A stretch of 63,630 nt of DNA, counting the filler, from Folioceros fuciformis (taxonomy: Eukaryota): NCBI GenBank assembly GCA_049999805.1. It is 6 parts of 6 records of this genome, joined end to end, with 100 filler letters (N's around TTAATTAATTAA, not from the genome) between each part and the next. Parts side by side here need not be neighbours in the genome. Positions count along the whole stretch, not along the records: positions 1 to 12,320 come from JBNGIO010001017.1; 5 more parts are not named here. One strand, given 5' to 3'. The notes below the pieces were generated by a model. It ran no database searches. It had not been told where the DNA came from and saw only the letters and a list, made by a program, of their open reading frames with translations. Made by a program: the position numbers and the translations under genes. Of this stretch, positions 1 through 12,420 are shown one piece after another; position 1 is the stretch's first letter, and every line of letters begins with the position of its first letter.

Positions 1-727
1 GGTATAGCACTCCTTCACCAAGCCTTCATGAACATAAGACCAGTGTCTGCCATATATCCAGTCAAGCTGAGTATTGTTGGAGGTCCGCGCCATAGTTGAT
101 AGAAGAAAACCCCAAGAATGTTGGTTGCCCTCCTTTACGCAAGGTTATACCCCTACCTCCGTAGACAACTGCTCCCAGCTTCTGTGCAGCTGATTTCACG
201 TCCCTTGCACGTTTCTCCCTATGGCTCTCACCACAGCAAAGCCCTTTCTCTCTCTTTGAGTCCGCTTGGTCACAACTAGTAGGTCCTCGGCGTAGGTGTC
301 TTGTCGCACAACTACTTCCTTATTCCTCGCTATGTAGGTGGATGTAGTTCCCTACGTGGAGGTGAGCACCCTTCGTTGATGGGACACCTTAGGTAGGGAC
401 CCCTTTAAATACCCTCTTGTTGTAGGTATACTTCTTTACGTAGTAACTGCCCTTAATAGATACCCTACATAGGTGTCCCCTTTTCTGTAGGTAGCTTGCC
501 CTTCACAACTATATTTCTTATTTGGGTACTACCTCCCACAAAGATATCCTCCCTACGTGGGCATACCTCCCTATAGGTAGCCATCCCAAAGAAGGTAACT
601 TCTTTATAATACTACCCCTTATTATCGCCACTCATCTAACCTCCCAAACCAAGACCAAACAAAACTGAAAATGTTATTAGCCACTCCCTACCTACTGCGG
701 GTATTTGCCAAAAACCCGCATTCCACA
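1..727. mobile_element. End of a second (probably LTR) element inserted into the copia 3' LTR
   Basis: Homology between the two copia LTRs stops at ~728. The sequence to the left is non-coding, rich in TAG/CTA, ends in ...TTCCACA, and has a hairpin at 696-720 (tgcgggtattt/aaaaacccgca). The other end lies outside the window. Confidence 0.45.
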
Positions 728-909
728 ACCACACAAATGAATTCCCAATCTTGTTGATACAGATAGTCTGTGCCTACATATATAGGCTTAGACATAGCCT
801 GATATCTCGTGAGTGATGGACTCTATCTCGATCCTATTATTCACTTATATAGATCAAGAATACTGTGTACAAACATGGATGTGTTGCACTAATCTTATGA
901 ATTCTAACA
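728..909 (-). repeat. 3' LTR of the copia element (truncated)
   Basis: Near-identical to 5470-5696 apart from the repeat copy number, and ends TTCTAACA at 909. It is followed by ctcccact, i.e. polypurine tract AGTGGGAG on the minus strand. Confidence 0.9.
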
Positions 910-3900
910 CTCCCACTCAACACATCAATAGGAAGACTCACTCCCTTAGTCCTAGCATCTTGCTAAACCTCATGTGTTTCTCTAAAGTTAAAACTTTGGT
1001 TAGAATATCAGTGGGCATGTCCTCTGTGGGACAATAAGCTAATTCCACCTCTTTAGATTGGATTTTCTCCCTGGCGAAGTGATGCTTCACTTCAATGTGT
1101 TTTGTCCTTGCATGAAAAACAGCATTCTTGGCTAAGTGAATGCAGCCCTGATTGTCATTAAAGATGGGTGTTGCATCTTTCTGCTTGAATCCCATTTCGT
1201 TGAACAATCTACGTAGCCATATTGCTTCCATTGTCGCTGCTGACATTGCCATATACTTTGCTTCTGTTGAGGATAGTGCCGCAATAGGCTAACGCCTACT
1301 ACTCCATGAAATGGCTCCCCCAAAAAACATAAAGACATATCCTGTGGTGGACTTGCGGCTATCAACATCTCCAGCCCAATCTAAATCACAAAATCCAACA
1401 ACCTGGGCTTCCAGTTTTTGCTTCCTTTGGTAGGTTAGCTTCCAATGCTTTGTACCTTGCAAGTACCTGAGTATTCTCTTTACTGCTTGATAATGCTTTT
1501 GTTGAGGATTGACTAAAAACTGACTCACAACTCCCACTGCTTCTACAATGTCGGGCCTAGTGCTTGTTGCTAAATAAGTGAGACAGCCAACAGCACGCTA
1601 GTAGAGATTCTTATCAACCGGTTCCTTTGCATTGTCTATTGTCGAGTCCACTTCCTGTGATAACTTCTCATTAAGGATCATTGGTGTCTTTATTGGTTTA
1701 CAATCTTGCATCCCAAATCGCTCCAGTATAGTCTTGATATATGTTTGTTGACTTAAAGAGATTACCTTGTTGATCCTATCTCTTTCCACCTGTATTCCCA
1801 AGAAATAATGGAGTTCGCCAAGATCTCGTATATCAAATCTTTCACTGAGGCTTCTCTATGCTGAGTTCATAATTGCTTATCATTGCTAGCGATGATTAAG
1901 TCATCCACATACACGGCAATGATGACGATGGATCCTCCCACTCGCTTCACGTAAATGTTCCAATCAATGTTGGGTTTCTTGAAACCTCTGGTCTGGAAAT
2001 GATCATCAATCTTACGATACCATACTAGGGCAGATTGTTTAAGACCACAGATTGCTTCTAACAACTTACATACTTCACCCTTGCGTCCAGGTATCTCATA
2101 TCCTTCACGTTGCTCCATGTAGATTTCTTCCTCTAGATCTCCATTCAGGAAAGTAGTTTGAACATCCATATAATGTAACTCCATATTCAAAGCAACTGCA
2201 ATAGCAAGAAGAGCTCGGATAGATGCTATCTTAGCGACGGGAGAAAAAGTATCGGTATAGTCCACACTTGGAACTTGTGTATACCCTTTCCCTACCAATC
2301 TTGCCTTGTCGCTCTATGCTATCATCAGCCTTTCGCTTAATCTTGAAAGTCCATTTGGACCCTATGTGTTTCCTTCCAGGAGGTAAAGGAGTAATTTTCC
2401 ACATTTTGTTTTTGATGAGTGAGTGATACTCACTGTCCATAGCTTCTTTCCATTCCTTCGCCTTCGGGCCTGCAAAGGCTTCTTGCAAGCTTCGTGATTC
2501 GCCCGCATCCACAAAACATGCCTCCTCATATGTGCATCCATTGATTGATTCTAGAAACTTATGTGAGGGCTTTTGTGATCTAGTTGATCTACGTACCACT
2601 GGTTGTGTCTCTACAATGGTATGATCCCCATCTTCGCCTTCAACTGTGACGGGTCTCAAAACTTCATCTGCGTCTTCAACCGCAGTGACATTAGGAGTGT
2701 CTCTCTCTCCCCCCTCTATGTCTCAAGGTTGAGAAGGTGGGACAAGCATCGGACTAGGGCGCTAAAGGTTGCTCCTAGCTGGAGAATCCACAATGCAGTC
2801 ATCTGCACACCTGTAGGGATCCTGTGAGATAAATGTGGGAGGAACAGAGGAAGCTCCCACTCCTGTTTGAGGTGCAATAGCCTCATGAAATACGACGTCC
2901 CTGCTGAAGATAATCTTTTTTGCGGTAAGATCATATAGCCGATAACCCTTAACTTCATTGGAATATCCAAGCATGATACACTTAATGCCGTTTGGATCCC
3001 ATTTGGTTCGGTTTTGCTTCAGAACATGAGCATATACCACAGAACCAAAAATCCTAAAATGACTGACATCGGGTTTTACGCCAGACCATGCTTCTTCCGG
3101 AGTCTTGCCATGTAAGGCTTTAGTGGGGACTCGGTTTAATACATGAGTTGCTGTTAGAACAGCCTCGCCCCAAAAATGCACCTCCAACCCACTTTGATGG
3201 AGCATGCATTTTGCCGCCTCCACCAAGCTCCTTAGCTTGCGCTTTGCCACACCATTCTGCTGAGGGGTGTGAGGAACTACACTCTCATTTTCTACTAACG
3301 CTTTCCACATTTTAAAGATGTTGAACACATCGGATTTTTCCTTCAAGAGATATGTCCAACTCTGCCTTGTGAAGTCATCCACGAAGGCTAAAATATAACG
3401 TGCGCCTCCCTGTGTAGGATTTTTCATTGGACCGCATACATCAGTGTGTACAAGCTCCAACGCCGCTGATGCGCGACGTGCTCCAATCTTTGGAAATTTG
3501 GATCTATGAAGCTTGCCCATTATGCATCCTTCGCATACTTGTGGTTCACCAATCTCCTTCAAATCCAAGCCTTTGACCATGTGTTGGTTCTTCATCAACT
3601 TAATGTTGTCAACCCCAGTGTGTCCTAAACGTTGATGCCATAAATCAATTGACCCTGCATTCTGAGGTGATCCTCACACGACTGTGCAAGCTATTTGATC
3701 TCCTACAGAAGCACGCAACTTGTAAAGATTGCCATCTCGAACACCTCGAGCAATCACCTTAACATGTGGTGATTCTGGTTGCTCAAGTTGGATGCGACAA
3801 CCTTTAGAATTGAACGCAATCTCGTTACCGGGGTCAGTAATTCTTGCTACTGACAGAAGATTTTGCGCAAGACCGGGCACATGATGCACATTACGGATGA

Positions 3901-5413
3901 TACTTTTGTGCACTTTTTCGGGTAGGTGAACTTTCATGATACCTTTACCTTTAATCTCGTATAACATATTGTTGCCGAGTGCCACCTTGTGTCATGCCGG
4001 CAATTCGTCATAGCCAGAGATCTAGGGCCGATGGTAGGTGAAGTGTTGGGAAGCTCCAGAATCGAGGTATAAGGTCTCGTCCTTGTTGGATGAAAGCTCA
4101 TGTACCTTCCCTACAGTTGAACCGATGAAAATATGGTCTTCTTGATCACTTACTTGATTGGCTTGCGACTCTTTTCCCTTTTGCAAGTCGGCTAACCTAA
4201 TCCTGCAATCCTTTGCGTAATGATTAGGCTTTTTGCAATAGTGTCATGTGCCCCATGTCTTCTTCTTTGCGTCTTTTTCCTTCGATTTTCTTCCAGACTT
4301 ATTGATGCCTTCCACTTGGTTTGAAGTCTTTCCTTGTGGCTTCTTGGCCACTAATGCGGATTCCGCACCTGACTTCCCCTTCTCTTGCCTCTTTGTATCC
4401 TCATGGATAAGCTTGCTTACAAGAATCTCAAAATTTAAACTATCGATCCTTGATTCCAATGCCACGATAAAGTTGTTGAATGACTCCGGGAGACTAGCAA
4501 GAAGAGTCATCACCAAGTCATCTTCTGTGACAGAGCTCCAATTGCTGCTAGTTCTTGTGACAAATTCTTTACCTTGTCCACATGCTCCATGACATTGTCA
4601 GTCTTAGTCATTTGAAGGGTGAAAAACCTACGCCTCAAAAACAAGCGATTCACAAGACCCTTGTTCTCATAAAGTGCCTCCAACTTTTGCTAGGCCTTCC
4701 TAGCACAAGTACATGAGGTCACGTGCATCAACTGGGCATCTTCCAAATTAAAGCAAATAGTTGCAAAAGCTTTAGTATCGTTGTCCGCCCACTTGGCTTG
4801 TCTCTCGGGCTCGGAAGGGCGTGGCTCAGTGCCAGACATCAGTCCCCAAAGGTCTTTTTGTGCCAAAAGCATCTTCATCTTGAACTTCCATAGTGCGAAG
4901 TTCTGGCCTCTAAAGTTTTCGACCACACGCATCTCTACGTGTTGTACCTTCATGTCTTCACAATTGCACTCAAGCTCCCACGAGCTCAAAGCAAGGAGCT
5001 ATGTGAAAGGATCGCTAGAGGAGCATGGTGAAGGAGAGGAGAAAGAGAAGTCACACTCTCACATTGAGTCTCACAATACAAGGGAGCTCAAGGGAGTATT
5101 TATACCCTCTAGAAGAGCTCCCTAGGAAGCTTCATAAGAAGCCCACACGAAGCTGCACAAGAAGCTTCCTATGTATTAGCTTAAGCTAAACTAAACTAAT
5201 GATACTTAACTAGACACTAATCTTAGACTAAACACATTAGTCTAAGCACATTGGGCTTTAATAACCCTACACTATGCACTTGCACACAAACTCTCACAAG
5301 CTCAAGGCTAAGAGTTATACTTCTTGCACACGAGTTCTGACAAGCATAGAGCTAAGAACTATGCATGAAGACTTGGTCCTGCATGGCTCATCTCACATGA
5401 TACTAGAACCTCT

Positions 5414-5427
5414 GAGCTTTGATACCA
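5414..5427 (-). promoter_or_regulatory. Primer binding site, initiator tRNA-Met type
   Basis: The minus strand reads TGGTATCAAAGCTC immediately inside the 5' LTR (consensus TGGTATCAGAGC). Confidence 0.9.
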
Positions 5428-5696
5428 TGTTAGACAATAGTTAATCCCAGGTTCAATGCTTAGACCAATACCACACAGATCAATTCCGTATCTTATTGAT
5501 ACAGATATTATGTGCCTACATATATAGGCTTAGACATAGCCTGATATCTCATGAGTGATGGCCTGATATCTCGTGAGTGATGGCCTGATATCTCGTGAGT
5601 AATGGACTCTATCTCGATCCTATTATTCACTTATATAGATCAAGGATACTGCGTACAAACATGAATGTGTTGCACTAATCTTATGGATTTCTAACA
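5428..5696 (-). repeat. 5' LTR of the copia element (269 bp)
   Basis: TGTTAG...CTAACA terminal inverted repeat, TATA-like element at ~5519-5526, and three tandem copies of a 22-bp unit at 5539-5604. Confidence 0.92.
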
Positions 5697-5912
5697 ATAT
5701 AACTATTAAACTCAGAATCTGATGCGCACGGATGTTGGATCGACGAGCTATAGACGTTACAGCCAGTCTCCTGACCTGTGGTCTCGGTGGGGTAGAGAGT
5801 AGTCGAACCGTACTTTCTTCTTGTTTAGGAGACATGCAATCCTTGCTTGCCGTGACCCTGTCGGCCCGGTGGAAGAGGCGGACAAGCAGTTCGCACGGAC
5901 GCAGTGTTGAAA

Positions 5913-8486
5913 ATGAGTGAACCATATCCATGGCCAGGGCAACCAGGACCAGGACCAAGATCAAGCAGACGGCCACGACTGCCGAAGGCATCGGAAGACC
6001 AAACACCAGCACAACCAGGAGAAGCTAAAATAGGATCCGCACAAAAGCCACCTAGACCACCACAAGCATCCCGAGGGAAAAATATCGGACGACCATCTGA
6101 ACAAGCGACGAAAGGAAAAGGACGAGGAGGAACAAAACCAGCAACAAAGAAAGAGCAAGCGCTGGCAGACCCCGAGCCCGATAAGGATCAACACCGGCGT
6201 TTCGCACTAGCCTTGGACAGTGGTATCAAGGAGGAAATCGCATGGGCTTTGAATGAACTCAACCGCGACACTTTTGAAAGCGTCGGCTCGAACTCGCCTT
6301 TCGTCGCCTCAGCTGAGCTTCTTGGAGCGCTTCTAGCACTCGTACGTCCCAACATGGTCGCATAGCTGGTCTGCACAAATTGCATTTCACAGCTTGGCAC
6401 TGGTGTTTAGGATGTAAGTTGGCGTGCACTTGGCTCGGGTGTGAATTTGAAGTGTAGTCAATCTGATGACATGCATACTGGCTGTCTGGTGATTGAAGAT
6501 CCAGGCGGGGCGTGAGAAGGCAGTTAACGCGGCGGAATTGGCTCAACAGTTGCTTCTAGGTGACCCGCAGTGGCACAGTTACAGTGACCGGGGGACGCCT
6601 AGGCCGGAATATGAATGCAATACGTGAGATCGATCACATTTGAATTGGATCGGACTGACTTCGTCCTTTCATTATTGCGCATGCTGCAATTCGGAGGAGA
6701 GTGTGCCTCAGGACTTACAATGTGGAATGACCATGAGCAGGTCTGCAACGGTACTGCAATACGGGTCGCCTCAGAATTGGATGGCGAACTCCGAATTTTG
6801 GTGGATTGAAGAGTGCGGGGTATTCAACTTGGATGAGGCCAGCCGGTTATTTCAGAACACGGCAACAGCAGCTGCGTCTAACGTCATCCGAAATTTGGCC
6901 TGCATACCGATCAATGAAAAGATGATGGCTACGGACAAAAGATGTGTGTATACTATGATTGAATGCGTGCAGGATTTGGACAGAGGTGAATTCCTTGAAA
7001 ACCTAGCTGTTCAGTTCACCTTCTGCGTGCACAGGCCACTGCCCAGGGTATTTAGATTCACTTTTTGCTGAAGTACGATGTGCTGTTGGCATGACTGGCA
7101 GGGGACGAGGAGCTGGTGACGAACTGTTTGGAGGTTCTGACGATATTGGCACCTTCTCTACGTGTGGACATTTTCAAGGAGCGACCGATGAAGTAAGTAG
7201 TAACTCTTCACACGAACTGGCAGTTTTTGCTGCAACTCTGTTCATCTCTCATTCTTCAAATTGTGCAGGAGTTTTGACCCAGCACTGTTTGTGAGGCTGT
7301 CATTGTAGATTTGTGCTGGCAAAGGCATTTCGGGTTTGCCTTGAGTTAGTGTGCATAGGAGTCGCCACTGGCAGTACACACTCCTGGAGTGTGTACTGGC
7401 CAATCTCATTGGTGCATGATGACCGATGCGAGGAGGTACTAACCAATGTACCTTTCATGTCAAGATCAGGCCCAGAAAAGCACTTGGAACCATCGTCGAC
7501 GTACTGGAGTGCCCGGTTGAAGAGTGGCAAATGTATAGTGCGTACCTCCTTGCATGTTTTGCAATGCACCCCGACTGTGACTATGATCGGTATCTTCTCC
7601 GACTCCTTCCTCGGGTGCGCATTTCTGTACGTCCAAGGTTCTGTTACATGTAATGGGACTCACTGGCCAAGAACGTTGGCATAGACTTACGTTGTGCGCT
7701 TTGATTGCAGGTGTACAGACGTCTGATTGAATTGGCAGCTGTTCCAAAAGCACAGGTTCAGGAGGCAGCAGTTTTTGCTCTGGCCAAGATCTCAGAGCTC
7801 GAGGATCTGAAAGCGTGTAAGTTGCGGCTTCTCGAACAGCGTAGGTACGAAAACAGTGGTCGAAGTTTCCTCTGTGAGCTCCGAGCTATCAGAATGTGAT
7901 TCTGCCAGCTGTGAATAGGAAAGCTTTCCTAATCACTGTAGGCAGAATCACACTGGATCTACTGCGTGTCCTGACTCCCGTCCATGAACGGATTGGTGCA
8001 GGGCAATAGCCACACTTTTGAGAATTGTTCAAGCGCCTCATTCCTCGGCCGAAATGGTGGAAACAGCTGCCAAGACACTGCTACGCTTGGTGGCCGGAGA
8101 GCCTAAAGGCATAGCAGCCATGCAAAATTTCGAGAATACCTGTGTTGAAATTGCATTCTCAAATCATGTTCAATCGGACACCTTTGCACGAATTCTGGCA
8201 GAGCTGACACCCAAAGAGGCAGCTCCCGAACCGGATGATCCCCCAAACATATGGGGTCTCGATACCATTGACGCATTTTCCAAGGATGCACAAGCTCCGA
8301 ATCCGGGTGAGTCACACACATGGGGGACAGGTGAGAGAACTCCTAGGTTGACACAATCTCATGATGTCCGGGCACCAAACGTTTCAACTGGGAGATTACA
8401 GAAAATGATATGATGTGTGGGGCACTGCAGGTGACAACGGCGAAGACACGGACAGTTCCTCCACCAGCTTCAGCAGCGGCTCATAA
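5913..8486 (+). CDS. LFR: LFR-like armadillo-repeat SWI/SNF subunit (divergent), 8 exons
   Basis: The spliced model contains RRFALALDSGIKEEIAWALNEL, WWIEECGVFNLDE, AAASNVIRNL, DEELVTNCLE, VYRRLIEL, FENTCVEIAF, SDTFARILAELT and IWGL, colinear with plant LFR. GT-AG introns keep the frame. The last exon 8431-8486 is inferred (unspliced stop at 8413). Confidence 0.85.
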
Positions 8487-8811
8487 TCCCCAGGACCTTC
8501 ATGCGGGCCAAGAAAAAGCGTCGAAGAACGTCAAAACCCTGAAGACTTGTAGGACACTTCGCCTAGGTTTCAAAGATTGGTACATTGGTGGGTGTGGATC
8601 GGGCTGAGCGGGAGGCGCACAACCCAACTCAAAGACTGGGGGAGCTGAGGTAATATCCCAAATTCGAATGAGTACAAAATCACGCGTGGGGCAAAGCAAG
8701 GGATCATAGGAGAGTGAAGCAAACCGCTGTTTTAAAACACTTGCCTGGTTTTTATTTTAAATTTTATTTTAATCTATGCATTCCTAGTCCGGCCACCCGA
8801 ATGGGTCTTGG

Positions 8812-9180
8812 TTAGAGACTAGGCAAAGACACTTAGACAAGACTATCCATAGAAAGCCTATGGGGCACTAGGCAAGAGGATCTATGGAAAGGGTCTCAAT
8901 TATAGACTAGGCAAAGAGCTCTAAGCAAGAGGATCCATATAAAGGGTCTCTATTATAGACTAGGTAAAGAGCACTAGGTTTCTTCACCTAGGTAAGAGGA
9001 TCCATAGAAATCATCTTTGTTAAAGACTAGGCAAAGAGCACTAGGTTTCTTTGCCTAGGTACGAGGATCCATAGAAAGTGTCTTTGTTATAGACTAGGCA
9101 AAGAGCACTAGCTTTCTTCACCTACATAAGAGGATCCATAGAAAATGTCTCAGCTATAGACTAGCAAAGGGCACAAAGAG
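8812..9180. repeat. Degenerate tandem repeat, ~67-bp unit (TAGACTAGGCAAAGAGCACTAGGTTTCTTCACCTAGGTAAGAGGATCCATAGAAA...)
   Basis: Units begin at ~8815, 8902, 8955, 9023, 9090 and 9157. Confidence 0.85.
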
Positions 9181-12100
9181 AATCCATTGGGCTCTGCCCT
9201 CTTTGCTATGGCCTCTCTTAAACACTCATATCCTTGGGCTGGGGTTAAGTGTCTTTCATGGCATAAGAGATAACACGACATAGGATTAAGTGGGCAAACA
9301 CCCATGATAAGTGTGGGACAATAAGGCAAGAGCATCGGATACTGACATGATAGAACGCCAGCTAAGGAAAGCCATATGAAATGAATTGGCAGGAAAGTAG
9401 ATTTGCAGGGATTTTGGTGGGCGGAATTAAAGGAGGCACCTACTAGATAAAAAGGCAAGCACGGTGAACTTCTAAATGGATTGCTTGATGTTCATTGAGG
9501 GCAGTGGCCAAACAAGATCCTTGATATTGTAAGAACCCAGTGCGGATTCATGACGAAGAGGATTTGTGTGAAGATAGTTTCTCATAAGGTAGATTGTCTA
9601 ACGTACTCTAGTTAAGTCTTGGGTGTGGTCACATGGGGAGTGGTTAGCACCCTCATTTGCTAGCGAGGGGTAGCCATGACATCTATGTTGCTGGATAGCG
9701 CGATAGGTCAAACCAACCTTCAATTTCTTTTCCTAGGAATTCTCTATTTGGGACGTAGGCTAAGGTAGGGTTTAGTTATCTTTGGCATCACACCCCCTCT
9801 TCATCATTTGAGAAGAGACAGTGCTTAGATTTCAGATTTTGGAGTTTCATTGGATCAAGGGTTTGTTTATGTGGTCTTAAAAGACTTGGCTCACATCTCA
9901 CATTAGGAACTTACACAAAACGAGGATCCTTAGGCAGCGTTTGGCATTATGTCTTCCTACTTGGCGCAAAGGCTAGGTTATCAGAAGGTTGGGAGGAGGA
10001 CCAAGTGCCCCCAAAGTTCAATCGTGCATTTTTTGTCTCTCTTCACGGCGGACAACAAATAGGATAGTCCTTTAGAGTCATCACACAATGTGGTCTATTG
10101 GAAGGGAAAGGACGAGAGGAGGGGGGTGGCCAGCTACGGGGAATTAGGACCCATCACGGTGTTGTCTCGTTCCACACGAGCAAGGAGGTGGTGTATGGAA
10201 GAGGAGCGCCCTAAGGGATGCTAGTCCACAACTAACTCCCTGAGCCGATCTTGGCTCCAACTTACTAAGAACTCGGAGCTCACCATGAGGCTAGACCTTT
10301 TTAGGTGGCCAAAGCGGCTGGAAAGCCATTAAGCTGATTTTCGATCATTGTTTGACTATTGTATTGCAGATGTTTACCAATGGCTAATGTGATCACAAAG
10401 GAGGCTTAAGCGCCAACCAATGGTTCCCATATTGGGGCTTTCACCATGCCAGCATCGAGCTGCTATTAGGCTCTTGTGCATTGCGGTGCGGTCGGTGTAC
10501 CTCCAAAGGTCAAACTGCTAATTTAGTGTTTCTTCCAAGCGTGTTTACCAACAACAAACAAGTGGGATGGGTTGTTGGTCTTCGATGGGGAGGAATTTTG
10601 CTGGATGTGCAATGTTGGGGCTTCTACCGAAAGCCAACATCTGTTTTTTTTTCATTGTCAATATGCACAGGTCATCTGGGAGGTAGGCAAGTGACTCCAA
10701 TCCCTGTTCCCTAACATCAACGTTATGATCTTGGATAAGATTGCCCTCTTTGTTCTCGATAGCTTCTAAGGAAAACCACTATTCCAACAACAATGGTGGG
10801 AGTTGGTGTGGAGCTCATGTCTCTTAGGACTTTGGCTTAATTGGATGGCATTGGTGAATAGGGGTAAAGTGCCAATATCTGTTAAATCCTTGTTGTGGAG
10901 GATCAAGAAACTCATCTTAATTGCAGCTGAAGGTGTGAGGACGGCTACATCACGTAAGTTCACAAGCAAAGGGTGGCAAAAGGTTAGCATCCTTGATTCT
11001 AGTGAGAGAGGAGGTTTGGACCCATTGGTGCTCATGGAGTGGGTAGGTTCTCCCAATCCATTTTGCTCACCGCGGCGACTAGGCTACCACATGCCCTTTC
11101 AATAGTACACAATTTAAGGAGAACAAGGTAGGGAGAGCCACCGAGGACAGCGCTCTCTCCTCGTCCTATCCCCGTGCCCTTGTTCTCTCCACATCCTTTA
11201 TAATCTAAATTTTCTTCCATGAAAAAAAAAAGGGTAGATTATCTTACCACGATGATTGCTTCTTCTTTAGCTTTCTTATCAAGTCTAAAGAATTTTGACC
11301 GTTGAGATATGTAGGCTTTTAGGAGCATCATAGGCCCATGCACTATGATGCTAGAGCTTCTAATGTGTCGTTGAAGATTTGGCTTGGAAACATGCAACGT
11401 TGGTAGCCCTCTTTGGAAGCATTGACCTTTTAAGAATAAAGACCTCAGCCCTTATTGCTTTCTTAGGTAGCTTGGGCCGTGTCTACTCTAATATTGGCTT
11501 CTTAGTGTTTAATCCAAAGCTACCCATCCTTGTAGGCCTTCACCTCAGGGGTTGAGGAGAGGGCATTCCTTTTGCAAGTTTCCCTTCAATAAGTTAGGGA
11601 TTCCTTCCACTTAAATGTCCAGGAGACTATGCCTTCTTTCTCCTCGTCCCTTGTAGAAGGGGTACATGGTTATTACGTCTCTCTTGGGAAAGCAATACAT
11701 GCAAATGTGGAGGGCTCTCTCATAAATTCATTCATCCCCAAGTACTCTTGTGCTTGCATTTGTTCATGTTTAGGGAAAGGAGTAAGATCTAGCGTACTAG
11801 CTTAACCTTGGATTTATATGGTCTAAATTGCACCGAAATATTTTATTGCCATAATGAGATTTTGTCTAAGCTTGCCTTATCCTTTAGCTTTTCAAAGTTA
11901 GAAGGCTAAGCTTTCTTGGGAGATTTAAAGCTAAGTTTTCCAAGAAGAACTACAAATTTCTAATTTCTATTCATCAGATGAAGGGATTGTATAACTATTC
12001 TTGATCTACAGCTCGCTCCAAGTAAAGAAGAAAAAATACTATACTGAATAATATAAGATTCAAATATGAGGAAAATATCAATTATAAGAAAATTGCTTTA

Positions 12101-12320
12101 AAGAAGATATCAAACATTTATTTGAAGAACTCAAAGGATAAAAGAAAGCATGAGGGAAAGAATTGAAAAACTCAAACTTGGAGAATCAATACCTCTAAGG
12201 CGAGGTTCTGAATGTCATAAAGGTTCCAAAAATAAAAAGAAAAATAACATACAAATGGAAGACACAATTGTAAAGAAGAATTTCAATAGCATGAAAATTG
12301 AAACCAATGGAAAACTATAC
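9181..12320 (-). mobile_element. Highly decayed retrotransposon remnant (possibly Ty3/gypsy pol)
   Basis: No long ORF, TAG/CTA-rich composition, and only faint integrase-like fragments around 10500-11050. It adjoins the tandem repeat. The superfamily call is weak. Confidence 0.35.
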
Positions 12321-12420
12321 NNNNNNNNNNNNNNNNNNNNNNNNNNNNNNNNNNNNNNNNNNNNTTAATTAATTAANNNNNNNNNNNNNNNNNNNNNNNN
12401 NNNNNNNNNNNNNNNNNNNN
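12321..12420. other. Artificial contig spacer
   Basis: 44 N + TTAATTAATTAA (stops in all six frames) + 44 N. Confidence 0.99.

Larger units (their letters stand above)
728..5696 (-). mobile_element. Decayed Ty1/copia LTR retrotransposon
   Basis: Domain order is gag (NFALWKFKMKMLL; zinc knuckle *HYCKKPNHYAKDC), protease (YLDSGASQH, ~4070), integrase (LELVHTDVCGP, TPQQNGVAKRK), RT (MDVQTTFLNG, VYVDDL), RNase H (DWAGDVDSRKSTTGY, HARTKHI). There are multiple stops and frameshifts, and the integrase lacks the segment carrying the second catalytic Asp. The element is flanked by direct-repeat LTRs. Confidence 0.96.

Noticed and set aside
8812-9180. Regularly spaced repeats resembling a CRISPR array
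   Set aside because: The whole unit is repeated with no unique spacers, there are no cas genes, and the context is eukaryotic TE DNA.
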